Of a stretch of 64,000 bases of DNA, positions 12,701 to 23,825 are shown in pieces. The notes beneath the pieces were generated by a model. It was not told the DNA's origin and searched no databases. It was given only the letters and a program-made list of their open reading frames with translations. This stretch comes from the human T2T-CHM13v2.0 reference genome, Homo sapiens. Where the stretch lies: assembly GCF_009914755.1 (NCBI RefSeq), contig NC_060945.1; one strand, given 5' to 3'. How positions within the stretch are numbered: position 1 is the first letter of the stretch; the number at the start of each line of letters is the position of its first letter. The translations under genes and the position numbers were made by a program.

Positions 12701-14149
12701 ACAAAAAGAGTGTTTCAAACCTGCTCTAAGTAAGGGAGTTTTCAACTCTGTGACTGGAATGCAGATATCACAAAGTAGTTTCTGAGACTGATTCTGTGTA
12801 TACTTTAGATGAAGGTATTCCCGTTTCCAATGATATCGTTAGATCTACCCAAATATCCACTTACAGTTTCTACTAAAAGAGTGTTTCCAAACTGCTGCAT
12901 CTAAAGAAAGTTTCAACTCTGTGAGTTGAGGACGCACATCACAAAGAAATTTCTGAGAAAGCTTCTGTCTAGATTTTGTATGAAGATATTCCCTTTTCCA
13001 ACGATATCGTTAAATCAACCCAAATATCAATTTGCAGAATCCACAGAAATAGAGTTTCAAAGCTGCTCTGTAAAAAGAAAGGATCCACTCTGTTAGCTGA
13101 GTACACACATCACAAACTTGTTTCTGAGAATCCTTCTGTCTAGTTTTTATGGGAAGATATTTACTTTTTCACCGTAGGTATCAAAGCGCTCCAAATGTCC
13201 ACATCCAGATACTACAGAAAGAGTGTTTCAAACCTGCTCTATGAAAGGGAATCTTCAACTCTATGAGTTGAATGCAGACATCAGAAAGTAATTTCTGAGA
13301 ATGCTGCTGTCTACCTTTCATTTGAATTCCCGCTTCCAACGAAATCCTCCAAGCTATCCAAATATTCACTTGCAGATTCCACAAAAAGAGTGTTTCAAAA
13401 CTACTCTATCAATAGAAAGGTACAACTGTGTCAGTTGAGGACACACATCACAAACAAGTTTCTCAGAATTCTTCAATTTTTTATGGGAAGACATTTCCTT
13501 TTTCACCGTAGGCGTCAAAGCACTCCAAATGTCCACATCCAGATAGTACAGAAAGAGTGTTTCAAACCTGCTCTATTAAAGGGAATGTTCAACTCTATGA
13601 GTTGAATGCAAACATCAGAAAGAAATTTCTGAGAACGCTGCTGTCTACCTTTTATTTGATTTCCCGCTTCCAACGAAAACCTCCAAGCTATCCAAATATC
13701 CACTTGCAGATTCCACAAAAAGAGTGTTTCAAAACTGCTCTATCAATAGAAATGTTCAACTCCTTTCGCTGGGTACACACATCACAAACAAGTTTCTGAG
13801 AAAGCTTCTGTCTAGTTTTTATGGGAAGACATTTCCTTTTTCACCAAAGGCATCAAAGAGCTCCAAATGTCCACTTCCAGATACTACAAAAAGAGTGTTT
13901 CAAAAGTGCTCTAAGAAAGCGAATGTTCAACTCTGTGACTTGAATGCAGATATCACAAAGTAGTTTCTGAGAGTGCTTCTGTCTAGATTTTAGATGATGA
14001 TATTCCCGTTTCCAACGAAATCATTAGAGCTATCGAAATATCCACTTACAGTTTCTACAAAAAGAGTGTTTCCAAACTGCTGCATCAAAAGAGAGGTTCC
14101 ACTCTGTTAGCTGAGTACACACATCACAAACTTGTTTCTCAGAATCCTT
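9760..14149 (-). repeat. Two tandem copies of a sequence-distinct 13-mer sister HOR (2195 bp)
   Basis: Period 2195 (ORFs 9805/12000, 10182/12377, 10986/13181, 11529/13724). Private markers: gaattcttcaatttt deletion, ctgtgtatactttag, gactggaatg, aaaggatccac. An extra dimer lies between I and J. The final monomer (13979-14149) is already canonical A. Confidence 0.92.
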
Positions 14150-17100
14150 CTGTCTCGTTTTTATGGGAAGATATTTACTTTTTCACCGTAGGCATCAAAG
14201 CGCTCCAAATGTCCACATCCAGATACTCCAGAAAGAGTGTTTCAAACCTGCTCTATGAAAGGGAATCTTCAACTCTATGAGTTGAATGCAGACATCAGAA
14301 AGAAATTTCTGAGAATGCTGCTGTCTACCTTTTATTTGAATTCCCGATTCCAACGAAATCCTCCAAGCTATCCAAATATCCACTTGCAGATTCCACAAAA
14401 AGAGTGTTTCAAAACTGCTCTCTATCAATGGCAAAGTTCAACTCTGTTAGTTGAGGACACATATCACCAACAAGTTTCTGAGAATGCTTCTGTCTATTTT
14501 TTATGGGAAGATATTTCCTTTTTCACCGTAGGCGTCAAGGCGATCGAAATGTCCACTTCCACAAACTACAAAAAGAGTGTTTCAAACCTGCTCTATGAAA
14601 GGCCATGTTCATCTCTATGAGTTGAATGGAAATATCCGAAAGAAATTTCTGGGAATGCTGCTGTCTAGTTTTTATATGAATTCCCGCTTCCAACGAAATC
14701 CTCAAAGCAATCCAAATATCCACTTGCAGAATCCACAAAAAGAGTGTTGCAAAACTGCTCTATCAATAGAAAGGTTCAACTCTTTTAGTTGAGTACACAC
14801 ATCACAAACAAGTTTCTGAGAATGCTTCTGTCTGGCTTTTATTGGAAGACGTTTCCTTTTCACCAAAGGCATCAAAGCGTTACAAATGTCCACTTCCAGA
14901 TTCTTCCAAAAGAGTGTTTCAAACGTGCTCAAAGTAAGGGAATGTTCAACTCTGTGACTTGAATGCAGATATCACCAAGTAGTTTCTAATGGTGCTTCTG
15001 TCTAGATTTTAGATAATGATATTCCCGTTTCCAACAAAATCGTTAGAGCTATCCAAATATCCACTTACAGTTTCTACAAAAAGAGCGTTTCCAAACTGCT
15101 GCATCAAAAGAAAGGTTCAACTCTGTTAGTTGAGGACACACATCACAAAGAAGTTTGTGAGAATGCTTCTGTCTAGATTTTGTATGACCATATTCCCTTT
15201 TCCAACGATATCATTAAAGCAATCTAAATATCAATTTGCAGAATCCACAAAAATAGAGTTTCAAAGCTGCTCTGTAAAAAGAAAGGTTCCACTCTGTTAG
15301 CTGAGTACACACATCACAAACTTGTTTCTGAGAATCCTTCTGTCTCGTTATTATGGGAAGATATTTACTTTTTCACCGTAGGCATCAAAGCGCTCCAAAT
15401 GTCCACATCCAGATACTCCAGAAAGAGTGTTTCAAACCTGCTCTATGAAAGGGAATCTTCAACTCTATGAGTTGAATGCAGACATCAGAAAGAAATTTCT
15501 GAGAATGCTGCTGTCTACCTTTTATTTGAATTCCCGCTTCCAACGAAATCCTCCAAGCTATCCAAATATCCACCTGCATTTTCCACAAAAAGAGAGTTTC
15601 AAAACTGCTCTATCAATAGAAATGTTCATCTCCTTTGGCTGGGTACACACATCACAAACAAGTTTCTGAGAATGCTTCTGTCTAGTTTTTATGGGAAGAC
15701 ATTCCCTTTTTCACCAAAGGCATCAAAGCGCTCCAAATGTCCACTTCCAGACACTACAAAAAGTGTGTTTCCAACGTGCTCTAAGAAAGCGAATGTTCAA
15801 CTCTGTGACTTGAATGCAGATATCACAAAGTAGTTTCTGAGAGGGCTTCTGTCTAGATATTAGATGATGATATTCCCGTTTCCAACGAAATCATTAGAGC
15901 TATCCAAATATCCACTTACAGTTTCTACAAAAAGAGTGTTTCCAAACTGCTGCATCAAAAGAGAGGTTCCACTCTGTTAGCTGAGTACACACATCACAAA
16001 CTTGTTTCTCAGAATCCTTCTGTCTCGTTTTTATGGGAAGATATTTACTTTCTCACCGCAGGCATCAAAGCGCTCCAAATGTCCACATCCATATACTCCA
16101 GAAAGAGTGTTTCAAACCTGCTCTATGAAAGGGAATCTTCAACTCTATGAGTTGAATGCAGACATCAGAAAGAAATTTCTGAGAATGCTGCTGTCTACCT
16201 TTTATTTGAATTCCCGCTTCCAACGAAATCCTCCAAGCTATCCAAATATCCACTTGCAGATTCCACAAAAAGAGTGTTTCAAAACTGCTCTCTATCAATG
16301 GCAAAGTTCAACTCTGTTAGTTGAGGACACATATCACCAACAAGTTTCTGAGAATGCTTCTGTCTATTTTTTATGGGAAGATATTTCCTTTTTCACCGTA
16401 GGCGTCAAGGCGATCGAAATGTCCACTTCCACAAACTACAAAAAGAGTGTTTCAAACCTGCTCTATGAAAGGCCATGTTCATCTCTATGAGTTGAATGGA
16501 AATATCCGAAAGAAATTTCTGGGAATGCTGCTGTCTAGTGTTTATACGAATTCCCGCTTCCAACGAAATCCTCAAAGCAATCCAAATATCCACTTGCAGA
16601 ATCCACAAAAAGAGTGTTTCAAAACTGCTCTATCAATAGAAAGGTTCAACTCTTTTAGTTGAGTACACACATCACAAACAAGTTTCTGAGAATGCTTCTG
16701 TCTGGCTTTTATTGGAAGACGTTTCCTTTTCAACAAAGGTATCAAAGCGCTCCAAATGTCCACTTCCAGATTCTTCCAAAAGAGTGTTTCAAACGTGCTC
16801 AAAGTAAGGGAATGTTCAACTCTGTGACTTGAATGCAGATATCACCAAGTAGTTTGTAATAGTGCTTCTGTCTAGATTTTAGATGATGATATTCCCGTTT
16901 CCAACGAAATCGTTAGAGCTATCCAAATATCCACTTACAGTTTCTACAAAAAGAGTGTTTCCAAACTGCTGCATCAAAAGAAAGGTTCAACTCTGTTAGT
17001 TGAGGACACACATCACAAAGAAGTTTGTGAGAATGCTTCTGTCTAGATTTTGTATGACGATATTCCCTTTTCCAACGATATCGTTAAAGCAATCTAAATA

Positions 17101-17718
17101 TCAATTTGCAGAATCCACAAAAATAGAGTTTCAAAGCTGCTCTGTAAAAAGAAAGGTTCCACTCTGTTAGCTGAGTACACACATCACAAACTTGTTTCTC
17201 AGAATCCTTCTGTCTCGTTTTTATGGGAAGATATTTACTTTTTCACCGTGGGCATCAAAGCACTCCAAATGTCCACATCCAGATACTCCAGAAAGAGTGT
17301 TTCAAACCTGCTCTATGAAAGGGAATCTTCAACTCTATGAGTTGAATGCAGACATCAGAAAGAAATTTCTGAGAATGCTGCTGTCTACCTTTTATTTGAA
17401 TTCCCGCTTCCAACGAAATCCTCCAAGCTATCCAAATATCCACTTGCATTTTCCACAAAAAGAGTGTTTCAAAACTGCTCTATCAATAGAAATGTTCAAC
17501 TCCTTTGGCTGGGTACACACATCACAAACAAGTTTCTGAGAATGCTTCTGTCTAGTTTTTATGGGAAGACATTCCCTTTTTCACCAAAGGCATCAAAGCG
17601 CTCCAAATGTCCACTTCCAGACACTACAAAAAGAGTGTTTCAAACGTGCTCTAAGAAAGCGAATGTTCAACTCTGTGACTTGAATGCAGATATCACAAAG
17701 CAGATTCTGAGAGGGCTT
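13979..17718 (-). repeat. Two more canonical 11-mer copies (13979-15848, 15849-17718)
   Basis: Period 1870 (ORFs 14195/16065/17935) with the same monomer order as 61-1930. Confidence 0.93.
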
Positions 17719-19417
17719 CTGTCTAGATTTTAGATGATGATATTCCCGTTTCCAACGAAATCATTAGAGCTATCGAAATATCCACTTACAGTTTCTACAA
17801 AAAGAGTGTTTCCAAACTGCTGCATCAAAAGAGAGGTTCCACTCTGTTAGCTGAGTACACACATCACAAACTTGTTTCTGAGAATCCTTCTGTCTCGTTT
17901 TTATGGGAAGATATTTACTTTTTCACCGTAGGCATCAAAGCGCTCCAAATGTCCACATCCAGATACTCCAGAAAGAGTGTTTCAAACCTGCTCTATGAAA
18001 GGGAATCTTCAACTCTTTGAGTTGAATGCAGACATCAGAAAGAAATTTCTGAGAATGCTGCTGTCTACCTTTTATTTGAATTCCCGCTTCCAACGAAATC
18101 CTCCAAGCTATCCAAATATCCACTTGCAGATTCCACAAAAAGAGTGTTTCAAAACTGCTCTCTGTCAATGGCAAAGTTCAACTCTGTTAGTTGAGGACAC
18201 ATATCACCAACAACTTTCTGAGAATGCTTCTGTCTATTTTTTATGGGAAGATATTTCCTTTTTCACCTTAGGCATCAAGGCGATCGAAATGTCCACTTCC
18301 ACAAACTACAAAAAGAGTGTTTCAAACCTGCTCTATGAAAGGCCATGTTCATCTCTATGAGTTGAATGGAAATATCCGAAAGAAATTTCTGGGAATGCTG
18401 CTGTCTAGTTTTTATACGAATTCCCGCTTCCAACGAAATCCTCAAATCAATCCAAATATCCACTTGCAGAATCCACAAAAAGAGTGTTTCAAAACTGCTC
18501 TATGAATAGAAAGGTTCAACTCTTTTAGTTGAGTACACACATCACAAACAAGTTTCTGAGAATGCTGCTGTTGGGCTTTTATTGGAAGACGTTTCCTTTT
18601 CACCAAAGGCATCAAAGCGCTCCAAATGTCCACTTCCAGATTCTTCCAAAAGAGTGTTTCAAACGTGCTCAAAGTAAGGGAATGTTCAACTCTGTGACTT
18701 GAATGCAGATATCAAAAAGTAGTTTCTGAGAGTGCTTCTGTCTAGATTTTAGATGATGATATTCCCGTTTCCAACGAAATCATTAGAGCTATCCAAATAT
18801 CCACTTACAGTTTCTACAAAAAGAGTGTTTCCAAACTGCTGCATCAAAAGAGAGGTTCCACTCTGTTAGCTGAGTACACACATCACAAACTTGTTTCTCA
18901 GAATCCTTCTGTCTCGTTTTTATGGGAAGATATTTACTTTTTCACCGTAGGCATCAAAGCGCTCCAAATGTCCACATCCAGATACTCCAGAAAGAGTGTT
19001 TCAAACCTGCTCTATGAAAGGGAATCTTCAACTCTATGAGTTGAATGCAGACATCAGAAAGAAATTTCTGAGAATGCTGCTGTCTACCTTTTATTTGAAT
19101 TCCCGCTTCCAACGAAATCCTCCAAGCTATCCAAATATCCACCTGCATTTTCCACAAAAAGAGAGTTTCAAAACTGCTCTATCAATAGAAATGTTCAACT
19201 CCTTTGGCTGGGTACACACAGCACAAACAAGTTTCTGAGAATGCTTCTGTCTAGTTTTTATGGGAAGACATTCCCTTTTTCACCAAAGGCATCAGAGCGC
19301 TCCAAAGGTCCACTTTCAGACACTACAAAAAGAGTGTTTCAAACGTGCTCTAAGAAAGCGAATGTTCAACTCTGTGACTTGAATGCAGATATCACAAAGT
19401 AGTTTCTGAGAGGGCTT
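17719..19417 (-). repeat. 10-mer HOR variant (1699 bp): A B C D E F/K A I J K
   Basis: The G+H pair is replaced by an A-type monomer at 18738. ORF spacing 17935->19634 = 1699 and 18954->19634 = 680. Confidence 0.88.
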
Positions 19418-21282
19418 CTGTCTAGATTTTAGATGATGATATTCCCGTTTCCAACGAAATCATTAGAGCTATCCAAATATCCACTTACAGTTTCTACAAA
19501 AAGAGTGTTTCCAAACTGCTGCATCAAAAGAGAGGTTCCACTCTGTTAGCTGAGTACACACATCACAAACTTGTTTCTCAGAATCCTTCTGTCTCGTTTT
19601 TATGGGAAGATATTTACTTTTTCACCGTAGGCATCAAAGCGCTCCAAATGTCCACATCCAGATACTCCAGAAAGAGTGTTTCAAACCTGCTCTATGAAAG
19701 GGAATCTTCAACTCTATGAGTTGAATGCAGACATCAGAAAGAAATTTCTGAGAATGCTGCTGTCTACCTTTTATTTGAATTCCCGCTTCCAACGAAATCC
19801 TCCAAGCTATCCAAATATCCACTTGCATTTTCCACAAAAAGAGTGTTTCAAAACGGCTCTCTATCAATGTCAAAGTTCAACTCTTTTAGTTGAGTACACA
19901 CATCACAAACAAGTTTCTGAGAAAGCTTCTGTCTACTTTTTAAGGGAAGACATTTCCTTTTTCACCAAAGGCATCAAAGCGCTCCAAATGTCCACTTCCA
20001 GATTCTACAAAAAGAGTGTTTCAAACCTGCTCTAAGTAAGAGAGTTTTCAACTCTGTGACTGGAATGCAGATATCACAAAGTAGTTTCTGAGACTGCTTC
20101 TGTGTATACTTTAGATGAAGATATTCCCGTTTCCAACGATATCGTTAGACCTATCCAAATATCCACTTACAGTTTCTACAAAAAGAGTGTTTCCAAACTG
20201 CTGCATCAAAAGAAAGGTTCAAGTCTGTTAGTTGAGGACACACATCACAAAGAAGTTTCTGAGAAAGCTTCTCTCTAGATTTTGTATGAAGATATTCCCT
20301 TTTCCAACGATATCCTTAAATCAACCCAAATATCAATTTGCAGAATCCACAGAAATAGAGTTTCAAAGCTGCTCTGTAAAAAGAAAGGATCCACTCTGTT
20401 AGCTGAGTACACACATCACAAACTTGTTTCTGAGAATCCTTCTGTCTAGTTTTTATGGGAAGATATTTACTTTTTCACAGTAGGTATCAAAGCGCTCCAA
20501 ATGTCCACATCCAGATACTACAGAAAGAGTGTTTCAAACCTGCTCTATGAAAGGGAATCTTCAACTCTATGAGTTGAATGCAGATATCAGAAAGTAATTT
20601 CTGAGAATGCTGCTGTCTACCTTTCATTTGAATTCCCGCTTCCAACGAAATCCTCCAAGCTATCCAAGTATTCACTTGCAGATTCCACAAAAAGAGTGTT
20701 TCAAAACTACTCTATCAATAGAAAGGTACAACTCTGTCAGTTGAGGACACACATCACAAACAAGTTTCTGAGAATTCTTCAATTTTTTATGGGAAGACAT
20801 TTCCTTTTTCACCGTAGGCATCAAAGCGCTCCAAATGTCCACATCCAGATAGTACAGAAAGAGTGTTTCAAACCTGCTCTATTAAAGGGAATGTTCAACT
20901 CTATGAGTTGAATGCAAACATCAGAAAGGAATTTCTGAGAATGCTGCTGTCTAGCTTTTATGTGAATTCCCGCTTCCAACGAAAAACTCCAAGCTATCCA
21001 AATATCCACTTGCAGATTCCACAAAAAGAGTGTTTCAAAACTGCTCTATCAATAGAAATGTTCAACTCCTTTCGCTGGGTACACAGATCACAAACAAGTT
21101 TCTGAGAATGCTTCTGTCTAGTTTTTATGGGAAGACATTTCCTTTTTCACCAAAGGCATCAAAGAGCTCCAAATGTCCACTTCCAGATATACAAAAAGAG
21201 TGTTTCAAAAGTGCTCTAAGAAAGCGAATGTTCAACTCTGTGACTTGAATGCAGATATCACAAAGTAGTTTCTGAGAGTGCT
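19418..21282 (-). repeat. Terminal chimeric HOR unit: canonical A, B, a hybrid monomer (~19760), then eight monomers of 13-mer type
   Basis: 13-mer markers reappear from ~19929 (tctactttttaaggg, gactggaatg, tgtgtatactttag, aaaggatccac, gaattcttcaatttt). Confidence 0.87.
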
Positions 21283-23825
21283 TCTCTCTAGATTCTAGAC
21301 GAAGATACTGCCGTTTCCATCGATATCGTTAGAGCTATCCAAATATCCGCTTGCTATTTCTACAAAAAGAGTATTTGCAAACTGCTGTATCAAAGACAGG
21401 TTGTACTCTGTTAGTTGACGACACTCCTCACAAAGGAGTTTCTGAGAATGCTTCTGTCTAATTTTTATTGGAAGATGTCTCCTTTTTCACCATAGGCCTG
21501 AAAGCGCTCGAAATGTCCCCTTCCAGATAGTACAGAAAGAGTGTTTCAAACCTGCTCTATGAAAGGAAATTTTCAATTCTGTGACTTAAAAGCAAACATC
21601 ACAAAGAAGCTTCTGAGAATTCTGCTGTCTTCTTTTTTATGTCATACCGTTTCTAACGAAATCCTCAAAGCTATCCAATTATCCACTTGCAGATTCCACA
21701 AAAAGAGTGTTTGAAAACTGATCTATAAATAGAAAAGTTCAACTCTGTTGGTTGAGTACATACTTCACAAAGTAGTTTGTTAGAATGTTTCTGTCTAGTT
21801 TTTATCGGAAGACATTTCCTTTTTCACCAAAGGCGTCAAAGCGCTCCAAATGTCCACTTCCAGATTCTACAAAATGAGTTTTCAAACCTGCTCTAAGAAA
21901 GGGAATGTTCAACTCTGTGACTTGAATGCAGATATCACAAAGTAGTTTCTGAGAGTGCTTCTGTGTATACTTTAGATGAAGATATTCCCGTTTCCAACGA
22001 TATCGTTAGACCTATCCAAATATCCACTTACAGTTTCTACAAAAAGAGTGTTTCCAAACTTCTGCATCAAAAGAAAAGTTCAACTCTGTTAGTTGAGGAC
22101 AGACATCAGAAAGAAGTTTCTGAGAATGCTTCTCTCTAGATTTTGTATGAAGATATTCCCGTTTCCAGGAATATCGTTAAAGCAATCCAAATATCAACTT
22201 GCAGATTCCACGGAAATAGAGTTTCTAAGCTGCTCTGTAAAAAGAAAGGTTCCACTCTGTTAGGTGAGTACGCACATCACAAACATATTTCTGAGAATCC
22301 TTCTGTCTAGTTTTTATGGGAAGATATTTCCATTTTCACCATAGGTGTCAAAGCACTCCTAATGTCCACTTCCCGATACTACAAAAAGGGTGTTTCAACC
22401 CGGCTCTATGAAATTGAATGTTCAACTCTACGAGTTGAATGAAAAGATCATGAAGAAGTTTCTGAGAATGCTTCTGTCTAGATTTTGTATGAAGGTATTC
22501 CCGTTTCCAACGAAACCCTCTAAGCTATCCAAATTTCCACTTACAGATTCTTCAAAAAGAGTGTTTCAAACCTGCTCTGTCAAAAGAAAGGTTCAACTCT
22601 GTTAGTTGAGGTAACACATCACAAACAAGTTTCTGAGAATGCTTCTGTCTTTTTTTTATTGGAAGATATTTCCTTTTTCACAATAGGCGACAAAGTGCTC
22701 GAAATATCCACTTGCACATACTACAAAAAGTGTGTTTCAAACCTGCTCTATGAAAGGAAATGTTCAACTCTATGAGTTGAAAGCAAACATCAAAAAGAAA
22801 TTTCTGAGAATGCTGCTGTCTACTTTTTATATGAATTCCCGTTTCCAATGAAATCCTCAAAGCAATCCAAGTATCCCCTTGTAGATTCCACAAAAAGAGT
22901 GTTTCAAAACTCCTCTATGAACAGCAAGGTTCAACTCTGTTAGTTGGGACACACATCACAAAGAGTTTTCTGAGAATGCTTCTATGTAGATTTTATATGA
23001 AGATATTCCCGTTTCCAACGAAATCCACAAAGCCATCCAACATCCCCTTGCCGATTCTACAAAAAGAGTGTTTCAAAACTGCTCTGTAAAAAGAAAGGTT
23101 CAACTCTGTTAATTGAGTACAGACATCCCAAACATGTTTCTGAGAATGCTTCTGTCCAGTTTTTAATGGAAGATATTTCCTTTTTCACCATAGGCGTCAA
23201 AGCGCTCCAAATGTCCAATTCCAGATACTACAAAAAAGAGTGTTTCAAACCTGCTCTATGTAAGGGAATGTTTATCTCTACGAATTGAATGAAAACATCA
23301 CAAGAAGTTTCTAGGAATGCTTCTGTCTAGGTTTTATAGGAAGATATTCCCGTTTCCAACGAAATCCTCAAGGCTATCCAAATATCCACTTCCAGATTCG
23401 ACAAAAAGAGTGTTTCAAAACTGGTCTGTCAAAAGAAAATTTCAACTCTGTTAGTTGAGTACATATATCACAAACCGGTTTCTGAGAATGCTTCTGTCTA
23501 GTTTTTATGGGAAGATATTTCCTTTTTCACCGAAGGCATCAAAACGCTCCAAATATCCACTTCCAGATACTACAAAAAGAGTGTTTCAAACCTGCTCTAT
23601 GAAAGGGAATGATGTTCAAATCTGTGACTTGAATGCGGATATCACAAAGCGGTTTCTGAGAGTGCTTCTGTCGAGATTTTATATGAAGATATTCCCGTTT
23701 CCAAAGAAATATTTAGCGCTATCCAAAGATCCACTTGCAGATTCTACAAAAAGAGTGTTTCCAAACTGCTGTATCAAAAGAAAGGTTCAACATCTGTGAA
23801 CATAAAGATGTTTCTGATAATGATT
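21283..23825 (-). repeat. Divergent SF3-like alpha satellite (degenerate HOR fringe)
   Basis: HOR monomer classes are still recognisable (ctctgttagttgag, gtgacttgaatgcagatatc, gaattccc) but there is no near-identical repeat unit. Intact CENP-B boxes at 22499, 23007 and 23348. Confidence 0.8.

Noticed and set aside
1-21282. Regular repeat structure read as a CRISPR-like or repeat-spacer array
   Set aside because: The monomers are contiguous and homologous over their full length with no unique spacers. The sequence is alphoid DNA and there are no cas-like genes.
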